A DNA stretch of 24,621 bases from Promethearchaeota archaeon (GTDB lineage: Archaea; Asgardarchaeota; Thorarchaeia; Thorarchaeales; Thorarchaeaceae): the NCBI GenBank assembly GCA_048939765.1, contig JBHLPF010000014.1:1-24621 (forward strand). Reading direction: 5' to 3'. The notes beneath the pieces are model-generated. The model was not told where the DNA came from. It did not search any database and worked only from the letters and a program-made list of their open reading frames with translations. Position 1 is the stretch's first letter, and the number at the start of each line of letters is the position of its first letter. A program made the position numbers and the translations under genes. Of the stretch, positions 1-9,623 are shown piece by piece.

Positions 1-2
1 TA

Positions 3-857
3 GCTACAAGCGCGCTGCTATATCCCGATACCATTGACGAGGTCAACTGCGAGTTCGACACAAGCATCATCTCTAATAGCTTTGTTTGGGGAGATGCCTA
101 TGCAAACGCAGTTGATACAGACAGATCCTGGGATTATCTTGATGAGGAGTATGCGATAGGGGCCCCAGACGGGCAATACGCCCAGATTTTCTTGGGCTAT
201 ACCAGCGGTTATCTTACGCTCGATATGGGAGAACAAGAAGAGATTGTGAATGGTCCCGGAAACGACTTCACTGTCATTGCTCGTGGGGGCAACTATTCGG
301 TCTTCGTGCAACCTACCTATGACTCTTCGCCGGCCCTCATTGGTCGGACGAATGGCACGGATAGTTTTGATCTCAATGACATAGGCATGGATCTGGCAAG
401 ATATGTTCGAGTGGAACATTTCGTGGGCGACACTGTGGAGCTTGACGCAATCGAAGCCATAAACTACAACGCACCCACTTCCGACATCTATGATCCCCTT
501 ATCTCCGGGCCGGATGATCTTTGGGTCTGGTCGAATCAAAGTCTGATCCAGCTGCAGTGGGAGGCCTTCGATGACACGCCAAACAACTACACAGTATTGG
601 TGAACGGAAGTGCAGTCCAAGAGGAATCCTGGGATGGTTCAGACGTAGTTGTTTCACTTGCCAACCCGGGTGCGGGATTCTGGAACGTGACACTCCTTCT
701 CTATGACCTCTCTGATAATTGGGCGTCAGATAGCGTGATACTAGAGGTCCGAGCAGTTCCTGCAGCCATCAATCTGATACTTGTCGGAGGAATCGCTCTA
801 GGTGGAGTCCTCATGGTTGTGGTCGTTCTCTACTTCGTCAAAATGAAGATGGATTGA
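3..857 (+). CDS. 5'-truncated cell-surface protein: extracellular domain, Ig-like repeat and C-terminal TM anchor
   Basis: The frame of ORF 192..857 stays open back to position 3 (ATSALLYPDTIDEVNCEF...YAIGAPDGQYAQIFLG), so the gene starts left of the window. It has an Ig-like repeat (DPLISGPDD...W...D.TP.NYTVLVNG...W...G.WNVTL...D..DN...D.V...V), N-glycosylation sequons (NYS, NGT, NQS, NYT, NVT) and a hydrophobic C-terminal helix followed by KMKMD. Confidence 0.8.
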   Translation, partial: ATSALLYPDTIDEVNCEFDTSIISNSFVWGDAYANAVDTDRSWDYLDEEYAIGAPDGQYAQIFLGYTSGYLTLDMGEQEEIVNGPGNDFTVIARGGNYSVFVQPTYDSSPALIGRTNGTDSFDLNDIGMDLARYVRVEHFVGDTVELDAIEAINYNAPTSDIYDPLISGPDDLWVWSNQSLIQLQWEAFDDTPNNYTVLVNGSAVQEESWDGSDVVVSLANPGAGFWNVTLLLYDLSDNWASDSVILEVRAVPAAINLILVGGIALGGVLMVVVVLYFVKMKMD

Positions 858-877
858 CGATAGAAACATAGAACCAT

Positions 878-2323
878 CTAGTATCTCGCCTTGGGCTGTT
901 GCACCAAGTCTGCGACGTGGAACAGACCTACTACATTGGTCCTTCCTGGGATATGTTTCACTCCTGATGTAAAAACAACATCCATGTTTTCATCAATCAG
1001 TCCCTTGGCATGGACAGCTCTTACAGTCTCCATAACAAGATCATCAACGTTATCAACTTCCTGCTCGTATAGGATTGGTTGGACACCCCACCATAGACGC
1101 ATTCGTCTCATCACTGTTGGGTTTCTCGTGACTGCATAGATGTGAGCTGGAGGCCTGAATTTAGATATCCATCTAGCAGTGAACCCACTGCGAGTTGCCG
1201 TGATAATGCCATCCACTTTGTCAGGAATCAGGGCGACAGCATTGTATACCAAGTTTCCTATAATCTCCACTATCATCCGCTTTGGTGATGTGATGTCTTC
1301 CGGATTGACAGGAGTGATCCTGAGTTCAGCCCTTCTCACAATCTTATCCATCATGCTTACAGCTGCAACTGGATCCTGGCCAACTGCTGATTCGGCACTT
1401 AGCATCACAGCATCTGCTCGATCAAATACCGCATGCGCGACATCACTCACCTCCGCTCGCGTGGGAATTCTCTCATGGGTCATTGATTCTAACATTTGTG
1501 TAGCCACAATTGAAGCCCGACCCCACATGTTTGCCTTTCTAACCAAATCACGCTGCAGGATTGGTACCTCTTCAATTGGGACTTCTATGCCAAGGTCGCC
1601 TCGAGCAATCATCACGGCATGCGACTCCTCGAGGATCGCATCATAGTTCTTCACAGCGGATAAATGTTCGATCTTGCTTATGACGTCGACATTCTTTGGT
1701 CCGTTTGCCTTGAGCAACTCGTTGACGCGCTTTACATCTTCTGCATCAATTACAAAAGAAATGGCGATTAGGTCGGGCTCCAACTCCGCTGCGAGATCCA
1801 AGTCTTTGAGGTCCTTCTCTGTGGGGACACGAGATGAGAGTTCAATTCCTGGAATGTTCACACCTTTCCTGCTTGAGATTGGACCTCCATTTACTACCTC
1901 TGTTTCCACTTCCCTCCCATCCACGCCTGTCACACATAGCCTTACTATGCCATCGTTGATCGCGATCATATCCCCTGGTTTGATGTCATCTGGAAGTTCT
2001 TTATACGAGATTGAGACACGTGACGAATCGCCAACAAAGTCTTTTGTCGAAATGACGAGCTCCGCCCCAGTTTCAAGTTCCACAGGCTCTTTGAGCTCTC
2101 CAATCCGTATCTTTGGACCCTGAATATCAAACATGATTGAAATTGCAGAATCAATTGATCGAATTGTATCGAAAGTCTTCCTGTGAGCGGAATGGGTATC
2201 ATGAGATAGGTTCAGCCTAGCTACATCCATTCCGGCGTCTATCATTTTGGCAAGTGTTTCTCTAGACCGAGAAGCCGGACCAATTGTGCACACAATCTTT
2301 GTGCGTGTGAACTTTTCTTTCAT
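878..2323 (-). CDS. pyk: pyruvate kinase
   Basis: Motifs RTKIVCTIGPAS, RLNLSH, KIE, MIARGDLG, ATQMLES and PTRAEVSD. DIQGPKIR (Lys in place of Glu) marks the K+-independent class. Confidence 0.98.
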   Translation of the reverse strand: MKEKFTRTKIVCTIGPASRSRETLAKMIDAGMDVARLNLSHDTHSAHRKTFDTIRSIDSAISIMFDIQGPKIRIGELKEPVELETGAELVISTKDFVGDSSRVSISYKELPDDIKPGDMIAINDGIVRLCVTGVDGREVETEVVNGGPISSRKGVNIPGIELSSRVPTEKDLKDLDLAAELEPDLIAISFVIDAEDVKRVNELLKANGPKNVDVISKIEHLSAVKNYDAILEESHAVMIARGDLGIEVPIEEVPILQRDLVRKANMWGRASIVATQMLESMTHERIPTRAEVSDVAHAVFDRADAVMLSAESAVGQDPVAAVSMMDKIVRRAELRITPVNPEDITSPKRMIVEIIGNLVYNAVALIPDKVDGIITATRSGFTARWISKFRPPAHIYAVTRNPTVMRRMRLWWGVQPILYEQEVDNVDDLVMETVRAVHAKGLIDENMDVVFTSGVKHIPGRTNVVGLFHVADLVQQPKARY

Positions 2324-2491
2324 TTCATCATCCCCGCAGGTTATCCGAGTCAGTCCTCCCTAAATAGCACTTCTCTTCTTGAAGCATATGAAACGAATGA
2401 GTTTCTGTATCCATAGGGAATGGCATTTATCTCAGTATAGACCTCCAAAGATTAGGCTCAATGAGCCGCACTCAAGACAAAGGTGGCAGAG

Positions 2492-3790
2492 ATGGTCAAA
2501 ATCGACAGTATCAGTGCGATTGAGATATTGGATTCTCGTGGAAATCCAACAGTGATGACGTATGTGTTCCTTTCAGATGGAACAGTCGGTTCAGCAAAGG
2601 TTCCCAGTGGGGCTTCTACAGGAATGAGAGAGGCTGTAGAACTGAGAGATGGAGGAGATAGATATCTTGGCAAGGGTGTTCAGAATGCTGTCAGAAATGT
2701 CAATACAACAATAGCCAAAGGGATGGGTTCAGTAGACCCGCTTTCTCAACCTGATGTCGATGATGCTCTCCTCAGGATCGACCCCAGCAGAGGTAAGGGT
2801 AATCTTGGAGCAAATGCAATTCTGTCTGTTTCAATGGCGACGGCTGTCGCTGCATCTAGACACCTTGGTATCGAGCTCTTTGAGCACCTACGTGTGAATG
2901 TTATAGGCAAGAAAGAGGAGTACCTCCAACCAGTTCCCATGTCCAATGTCATAAACGGTGGCACTCATGCTGGGAACGACTTAGCAATTCAGGAGTTCAT
3001 GATTCTCCCAGTAGGTTCACCAAATGTGGTAGAGGCTGTACGATGCATCAGTGAAGTCTATCATATACTAGGGAAGAATATGATTAAGAAATATGGCCGA
3101 ATGGCCAAACATGTGGGGGACGAGGGCGGTTTCTGCGGCTTTGGCCTCAAGAATACGAATCAAGCATTCAGCGAGATAATGGAGGCTATTGAGGCAGCTG
3201 GTTACCAGCCCGGAAAGGAAGTCGTGCTAGGATTTGATGCAGCAGCTAGTGGGTTCTACAAGGATGGAGAATATGAGATTGATGGAAAGACAATGAAATC
3301 TGGAGAACTGCTCGATTTCTACATCGACCTCGAGAAGACCTTTCCAATCAAGAGTGTAGAAGACCCGTTTGATGAAGAGGCCTTTGATGACTTTACAGAA
3401 TACACCAAGAAGACCAAGATTCAGGTGGTCACAGATGACCTGACGGTGTCCAATCCAGAAACTGTTCAGAGGTGCATCGACATGGGTGCTGGCAACGCAC
3501 TTCTTCTGAAAGTGAATCAGATAGGCTCAGTCAGCGAGGCGATTGACGCAGCCAATGTAGCCAATAGAGCAGGCTGGCCAGTTGTTGTCAGTCATAGGAG
3601 TGGAGAAACTGGCGATACTTTCATCGCTGACTTGGCTGTTGCACTCTCAACGGGACAGATCAAGACTGGTGGCCCTGCTCGGAGCGACCGCGTCGAGAAG
3701 TATAACCGTCTTCTGATGATAAATGACCTACTAGATGGAAAATGTGACTACCCAGGTCAGGATTTCAATACTGCTTGGAGGAAATTCTAG
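2492..3790 (+). CDS. eno: enolase (phosphopyruvate hydratase)
   Basis: Motifs EILDSRGNPTV, PSGASTG, GDEGGF, LLKVNQIG, SHRSGET, QIKTG and RSDRVEKYN. ATG 2492 is preferred over GTG 2483 because AAGGTGG (SD-like) lies just upstream. Confidence 0.98.
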   Translation: MVKIDSISAIEILDSRGNPTVMTYVFLSDGTVGSAKVPSGASTGMREAVELRDGGDRYLGKGVQNAVRNVNTTIAKGMGSVDPLSQPDVDDALLRIDPSRGKGNLGANAILSVSMATAVAASRHLGIELFEHLRVNVIGKKEEYLQPVPMSNVINGGTHAGNDLAIQEFMILPVGSPNVVEAVRCISEVYHILGKNMIKKYGRMAKHVGDEGGFCGFGLKNTNQAFSEIMEAIEAAGYQPGKEVVLGFDAAASGFYKDGEYEIDGKTMKSGELLDFYIDLEKTFPIKSVEDPFDEEAFDDFTEYTKKTKIQVVTDDLTVSNPETVQRCIDMGAGNALLLKVNQIGSVSEAIDAANVANRAGWPVVVSHRSGETGDTFIADLAVALSTGQIKTGGPARSDRVEKYNRLLMINDLLDGKCDYPGQDFNTAWRKF

Positions 3791-3793
3791 CAA

Positions 3794-5035
3794 ATGACAG
3801 AGAAGTATACAGCGGTTCTTCTGATTATGGATGGACTTGGGGATCGACTGGTCAAAGAACTCGGGAATAGAACGCCCCTTCAAGCCTCGAAGTGTCCAAC
3901 ATTCGACAGATTGACAGCTGAGGGTCAGACCGGACTCATGAACGTCATTGGTCCCGGAATCACACCTGGAAGCGATGCGGCGCATCTAGCGCTCTTTGGC
4001 TATGATCCTGTTGAATGCTATGCAGGAAGGGGTCCCCTGGAAGCGTTAGGTGCAGGTCTACCATCGAAGCCGGGTGATGTGGCATTTAGGTCGAATTTTG
4101 CCTCAGTTGACGATGAGATGAAAGTCATAGATCGAAGAGCAGGACGGACATTCACAGACGAGGAACATAGGATTCTGGAGGCTGCTCTCTCAGGAATTGA
4201 GATTGATGGAGTCAAGGTGCATTTTGTCGCTACAGTTGAGCATCGAGGCGCTGTTGTACTGGAGGGTAGTGGGCTATCCGGTGCAATCTCTGAAACGGAT
4301 CCTCATGAAACCGGCATCAAGGTCTGGGAGTCCAAGGCACTTGATTCGGGGGCAGTGAAAACAGCGAAGGTTGTCAACAAGTTGACTCAGCTGGCATATG
4401 ACCGCCTCAAGAACTTGGACATGAACAAGGCTCGAGCGGAACGAGGGCTCCCCCCTGCCAATATTCTGCTTCTAAGGGGTCCGGGGCAGCACATGGAGAT
4501 TCCTACACTTCAAGACCGTTTTGGTATCAAGTCAGCTGTAATAGCTGGAGGCTCGCTGTATATTGGTGCAGCGAAATACGTTGGAATGGAGCATGTGCCA
4601 GTGGAAGGCCAAACAGGTACAATCGACACGAACTTCGACAACATTGCTGCGAAGTCGATAGAATCCATCAAAGCCGATTTCGATTATGTGTTCATCCACA
4701 TCAAGGCCACAGATAATGCCAGTCATGATGGAAACGCCAAAGAGAAGGTCCTAGCCATAGAACGGACTGACGCGATGCTGAGCAAGATCATTGATGCGGT
4801 TGGTGACTCCGTTGTCATTGCGGTGACAGGTGACCACAGCACTCCGCTAGAAGTGGGGGAGCATCGATCCGATCCGGTTCCCATCTTTTTCTGGAGCAAA
4901 TTCATTCGGCCTGACAAGGTTAAGTCATTCTCCGAGATGGATGCACCAGACGGAGCCTTGCACACAATTCGTGGCTTGGATGTCATGCCAATGTTGCTTG
5001 GCTATGCAGGCTACATAGAGAAGATGGGTGCATAG
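3794..5035 (+). CDS. apgM: 2,3-bisphosphoglycerate-independent phosphoglycerate mutase, archaeal type
   Basis: Motifs DGLGD, TPLQ, PGSDAAHL, GRGPLEALG, HIKATDNASHDG and TGDHSTP. Lies 3 nt downstream of eno. Confidence 0.96.
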   Translation: MTEKYTAVLLIMDGLGDRLVKELGNRTPLQASKCPTFDRLTAEGQTGLMNVIGPGITPGSDAAHLALFGYDPVECYAGRGPLEALGAGLPSKPGDVAFRSNFASVDDEMKVIDRRAGRTFTDEEHRILEAALSGIEIDGVKVHFVATVEHRGAVVLEGSGLSGAISETDPHETGIKVWESKALDSGAVKTAKVVNKLTQLAYDRLKNLDMNKARAERGLPPANILLLRGPGQHMEIPTLQDRFGIKSAVIAGGSLYIGAAKYVGMEHVPVEGQTGTIDTNFDNIAAKSIESIKADFDYVFIHIKATDNASHDGNAKEKVLAIERTDAMLSKIIDAVGDSVVIAVTGDHSTPLEVGEHRSDPVPIFFWSKFIRPDKVKSFSEMDAPDGALHTIRGLDVMPMLLGYAGYIEKMGA

Positions 5036-5086
5036 GTTCAGAGTCTCTGAATCGCATGCTTGTATGGGTGTACTAAGACATCTATT

Positions 5087-5917
5087 CTACTGTGTCACGT
5101 CCACTACTTCTGAAATCCTCTTGACGGATTTCTCGTAGAAGTCCGGATCATCTATGTGAAGTCTAATTGCTCCTTCAGGACAAACCTCAACGCATCGACC
5201 GCAACCTCGGCATTCGTCGCTGATTACAGATCGGTCGTTTACAAGACTAATTGCATTTGCAAAACAGATCCCTTCTGTACAAGTTCCGCATCCAACACAG
5301 GCGTCTGTTACTTCTACACAAACACCTGCCATCTTTGTGATTTTTCTTGATATTTCTCGATTCACATTCTGAACGACCCGCCAGAGGCAACAACATGGAC
5401 AACAATTGCACACAGTAAGTAGCTTCTCTCCAGGATTGACACCAAGCCACATAGCATCCAGCTTGTTGCGCCCAATGAGATGAACTAGGCCTTCATCATC
5501 GCACTTTCTGATGTATTCGTGTGCCTCCTCCTTGGAAACAGCACGTCCAAGTCGAGGATTGATAGCTTTCGCAGCCTCTCCCATGAACAGGCATCCATAG
5601 TCTATAGGATAGTCTTCGCATTTCATCGAGTCACGACAGATGCAGAAGTCCATAATCCAATGAAAATTCGCCTTGTCGATGAAGTGATGCACGATCTGGG
5701 ATGGAAGCACTGTTTCATCAGGCTGCTCAATTGGTTGGTTGACCATAATGACCTGCTTAGCCACCTTGTTCTTTGGCAAGTAGATGATATCGTCGCCCTG
5801 AAATAGCATGTAGTCGATGATTCTGCCTATAATCGGGATTCTGGTCGCTTCTGCAATCATTCGAACATTGGGAAATGTCTTCTTCAGCAGCTGGACAAAC
5901 CAAAGGGGACGTGCCAT
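5087..5917 (-). CDS. Cys-rich 4Fe-4S binding protein with C-terminal dicluster ferredoxin domain; function unknown
   Basis: C-terminal CVGCGTC...C and CRGCGRCVEVCP motifs, plus CICR...C...GC and CNCCPCCC motifs. Confidence 0.85.
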   Translation of the reverse strand: MARPLWFVQLLKKTFPNVRMIAEATRIPIIGRIIDYMLFQGDDIIYLPKNKVAKQVIMVNQPIEQPDETVLPSQIVHHFIDKANFHWIMDFCICRDSMKCEDYPIDYGCLFMGEAAKAINPRLGRAVSKEEAHEYIRKCDDEGLVHLIGRNKLDAMWLGVNPGEKLLTVCNCCPCCCLWRVVQNVNREISRKITKMAGVCVEVTDACVGCGTCTEGICFANAISLVNDRSVISDECRGCGRCVEVCPEGAIRLHIDDPDFYEKSVKRISEVVDVTQ

Positions 5918-6016
5918 AATGAGCGGTTTGACATGGTACTGATATTGTTTCCTACTCGGCAGTCCTGAACGGGCTCGGGATTAGGTTAATAGCCTCATAA
6001 CGACCTGAAACCAGCA

Positions 6017-6526
6017 ATGACAATCAAAGATATACTCCTTCTAGGTAATCCGACTCTCTATGAGGTTTCAGATTCAGTAGAGAAGGAAGAGCTCTCCACT
6101 GTTGAGTCAATTAGCCGGGATCTGCATGATACAATGATGGAGTTTCGCCGCAAATATGGGGCTGGAAGAGCGATTGCTGCTCCACAAATAGGGGTGATGA
6201 AGAGAATCATCTACATGCACATTGATGTGCCACATGTGTTCATCAATCCTGTAATCGAAAATCTCAGTAAGGAGATGATTGAGGTGTGGGATGATTGCAT
6301 GTGCTTTCCCGACTTATTGGTTCGAGTCAGGCGGCACAAGAGTTGTACAATTCGGTATAGGGACATGAACTGGGAAATGCAGACCATGGACCTAGAGGAT
6401 TCACTTTCCGAGCTCATTCAACACGAGTATGATCATCTAGATGGAATTCTCGCGATTTCAAGAGCTATTGACTCAAAGTCCTTCGCCGTACGAGGTCAGG
6501 CAAAACCTGGTCTAGTGACGGATTGA
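6017..6526 (+). CDS. def: peptide deformylase (variant motifs)
   Basis: GRAIAAPQIG (motif 1), INP, DDCMC (motif 2, canonically EGCLS) and QHEYDHLDG (motif 3). Confidence 0.9.
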   Translation: MTIKDILLLGNPTLYEVSDSVEKEELSTVESISRDLHDTMMEFRRKYGAGRAIAAPQIGVMKRIIYMHIDVPHVFINPVIENLSKEMIEVWDDCMCFPDLLVRVRRHKSCTIRYRDMNWEMQTMDLEDSLSELIQHEYDHLDGILAISRAIDSKSFAVRGQAKPGLVTD

Positions 6527-6595
6527 GGAGTCTACTTTCATACAACCATAGCCTCTTATGCCCTATTTCGCAAAGCGTTACAGGAGGATTAGAGA

Positions 6596-9500
6596 GTGAA
6601 GGTCGCTAGGGTTCTTATCATTCTGCTCATACTAGCTGGCGTTCTCATTACTGCACTTGGCGCCATCTATGGATGGTGGCTTGGACAGATTATCTTCCAG
6701 AACATGTATGAAGCAAAAGCTGGCGTTCCTTTTTGGGATACATGGACCCTGAAGTGGAACCTCTTCTACGCGGCGATACTTCTGACACTCCTAAGCATGA
6801 TCTCCAGTTTCATCACATTTCAACGATCGACCGTCATCTCATTCATGTCTGCTCTCTCGCAGACTGGTGGAATCGTCAAGAAGCTAGAGATGCGAACCGC
6901 TCTGTTCTGGCGACTGGTTCAGGTTCTGGCGCTTTTCATATACTATGTAGCCACCGGAGGCTATTCGGTGACGGGACAGAATGTGGCATTCCTCATGATG
7001 TTGACGGCAGATGGGTCAATATCCATCTCTCCAGGGGAAGTCAATACGCTCTTCACACTCCCCTTTGCTCCGAACACATCTTCAGGCGATGTTATTGCCC
7101 TTGTGCCAGCAATGGAGGCGTATCAGCTATACATGGGTCTGATTGCAACCTTTCTCGTCTTCCTAGCAGCACGAATCGCACTCAGTCTTGTGACTGATCT
7201 CATGCTAGCAAATCGTGATATCTTTGTTGTGATTTCCAAAGGCCTCTTTGTCGTAGCAGTAGTCATCATCCTAGAATTGCTTGGCGTTCCAATGTGGACA
7301 GTGAACAAAGGCACGTATCTGACATATGTGGCGCTCATCGTGGCACTTGCCGCCTCCTTCTTTGGTGCTATACTCTTCATGGTCATGCGAATGCGGTCTG
7401 GTGATGCTCAAGCACGGCTTCGTGGCAAGATAACTCAGCTTGAGGGTGACTTGGCAAGATTACAGGGAGAGTTGATGTCACTCAGACAGGAGTATGAAGC
7501 TGGTGCCATCGACATGCAAGACTACAAGCGTAGAGTGACATTGTTGATGGAGGATCGTGCGAACATCAGCGGTGAGCTACGCCGTCTGAAGATAGAACGT
7601 ATGATTCCGATAATTGGTCCTCAGAGAAAATACGGGTTCATCGCAGTCTTCCTCATAGTCGCAGTAGTATCTGCACCAATTGCCCAAGCATTTCTCTACG
7701 GCATTCCGATGCAGGGCGACCGGTACATAGACTGGAAATTTGGATACGAAACTACGAAGGAGATTGACATCACGAATTGGGCAGCGGGATTAGACGATAT
7801 GGAGATCCTGACTCTTGATGATTTGACAGTCAATGCCACACCAGAAGGTGAAGTGGAATCCTTGACTAGTGTTCGACAATGGGATGAAACTGCAAGTTTC
7901 TACCGGATGAAGAACCAAATTGGCACTAACTGGATGCAATTGGCAGATTCAGATATTGTGTATCTTAAGGACCATGAATACTGGATTGCACCATTGACCT
8001 TTGACTATGAAACCATTTCTGACACCTTCATCACTCAGCATCTTATCTACACACACACAGAAGGACTGGTCGTTCTCGATGCCTACAGCGGCGACATTAT
8101 CGAAGGGGACCACTTAGTTGCTCTTCTGAATAGGACTAATACTGTCAATACATACTACGGTGAAGGTGTTGGATTTTCAGATGTCGTATTCGTCAATGTA
8201 CCTGGATTCAACGAGATTGGTAATGATACTTTTCCGGGACAGCCTGATTACACACTCAGTGGCTTCGAGTCGTTCTTCTACATTCTCACCATGGGTCCAG
8301 AGGCCTGGTCCTTCCTAGGACGCGATATGGATATGCTGGTCCAGAGGGATGTAGTTGCTAGGGTCCGATCCATCATGCTCCAAGGGCTCACAGTTGACAG
8401 TGACCCGTACATCGTGGTAGCCCCAGATGGGGCTCTGTACTATGCTGTATCTGTCTTTATTGACTATCCCTTGGCGACTGGATATGCACATGAGAACTAC
8501 GTTCGCTTCATGGGTACTGTGCTAGTAGATGTTCAGACTGGGGAGCTCGATTTCTATAAATCACCAGTCGAGGGAGATTTCTTCCTGGATAACACCTACA
8601 AGAACTACTATGATTGGAACGATACGCCCAATTGGCTTCAGTCGCAGATGAAATGGCCTGAAGATCTTTACGAGCGACAACTAGACGTAGCGTACATCTA
8701 TCACGTTCATGACGGTTTCATCTGGAAAGGCGGAAATGACTTCCATCAGGCTCCTGCGGGTTCTGATACAAGGTACATCATTATGCGAATTCTCGGTGAG
8801 GAGCGTTTTGTTGCGATGCATAATAGTGAGTTCTTGGAATCTGCTGGACGAAATCTTGCAGGGATATACGTCATGGGCTGTGGTGACAAGGACTTCGGGG
8901 TCTTGCGTTTCTTTAAAGCGGGTGAGGAAGGATACTCGACCTTATTGGGACCAACAGCAGCGGTACAGGCATTCGAAACCAATGACGCCGTCCGGACCCA
9001 GTTGCAGCTTTGGGGTGCCCATAGATACGGCAACAGACTGCTATACCATCTTGGTGGGGACTTGTTCTTTGTAGTTCCAGTATTCCTAGAAGTAGAAACC
9101 TCAGCTGATAGAGTGATTGAGAAGCTTGGTGGAGTAGGACTAGTTGATGCACAGACTGGCGAACGAGTTACTCTCGGAGATAACGTTGTCGAGGCATATT
9201 ACGAAATGTTTGGACTACTTAACCAGACAACAGTTGGAACTGGAGAGGTAGGCTTTGAGAGTGCGACGTTCAGCCCGATTACAGTCAGCTCGGGCGATGC
9301 TGCTAACCTTGTGACACTACTGCGGAACAACGATAACGTTAGTCACGACTTGACCATGGACATTGTGATTGCTGCTGGCAACTTCTCAGTCAACTGGCAC
9401 GGAACAAATGTAGTTCCTACAGAGTATCCGTCGAACACGACCTTTGCTCTCAATATTGGCAATGTAGGTTCGGGCGATCTCTATGGAACAACTCCACTGG

Positions 9501-9613
9501 TTACTGCATACTTGCCAACAGGACTCGTTGTGGCTCAGTATCTGGTACAGCTAATCTTGCGAACTGAAGAAGGAATTGTAGACACAATAAGCCTGATTCT
9601 GACAGTTACGTAG
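6596..9613 (+). CDS. UPF0182-like polytopic membrane protein with large extracellular domain
   Basis: About 8-9 N-terminal TM helices followed by a large soluble region with UPF0182-type motifs (VRQWD, HLIYTH, YYGEG, DSDPYIVV, NYVR...VD..TGELDFY, KWPEDL..Q, GP, YGNRL). SD AGGAGG precedes the GTG start. Confidence 0.8.
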   Translation: MKVARVLIILLILAGVLITALGAIYGWWLGQIIFQNMYEAKAGVPFWDTWTLKWNLFYAAILLTLLSMISSFITFQRSTVISFMSALSQTGGIVKKLEMRTALFWRLVQVLALFIYYVATGGYSVTGQNVAFLMMLTADGSISISPGEVNTLFTLPFAPNTSSGDVIALVPAMEAYQLYMGLIATFLVFLAARIALSLVTDLMLANRDIFVVISKGLFVVAVVIILELLGVPMWTVNKGTYLTYVALIVALAASFFGAILFMVMRMRSGDAQARLRGKITQLEGDLARLQGELMSLRQEYEAGAIDMQDYKRRVTLLMEDRANISGELRRLKIERMIPIIGPQRKYGFIAVFLIVAVVSAPIAQAFLYGIPMQGDRYIDWKFGYETTKEIDITNWAAGLDDMEILTLDDLTVNATPEGEVESLTSVRQWDETASFYRMKNQIGTNWMQLADSDIVYLKDHEYWIAPLTFDYETISDTFITQHLIYTHTEGLVVLDAYSGDIIEGDHLVALLNRTNTVNTYYGEGVGFSDVVFVNVPGFNEIGNDTFPGQPDYTLSGFESFFYILTMGPEAWSFLGRDMDMLVQRDVVARVRSIMLQGLTVDSDPYIVVAPDGALYYAVSVFIDYPLATGYAHENYVRFMGTVLVDVQTGELDFYKSPVEGDFFLDNTYKNYYDWNDTPNWLQSQMKWPEDLYERQLDVAYIYHVHDGFIWKGGNDFHQAPAGSDTRYIIMRILGEERFVAMHNSEFLESAGRNLAGIYVMGCGDKDFGVLRFFKAGEEGYSTLLGPTAAVQAFETNDAVRTQLQLWGAHRYGNRLLYHLGGDLFFVVPVFLEVETSADRVIEKLGGVGLVDAQTGERVTLGDNVVEAYYEMFGLLNQTTVGTGEVGFESATFSPITVSSGDAANLVTLLRNNDNVSHDLTMDIVIAAGNFSVNWHGTNVVPTEYPSNTTFALNIGNVGSGDLYGTTPLVTAYLPTGLVVAQYLVQLILRTEEGIVDTISLILTVT

Positions 9614-9623
9614 GTAGAGGTCA

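Noticed and set aside
5037-5051. Palindrome TTCAGAG-T-CTCTGAA after the apgM stop
   Set aside because: Short, single instance and no U-tract. It could be a weak terminator but is not supportable.
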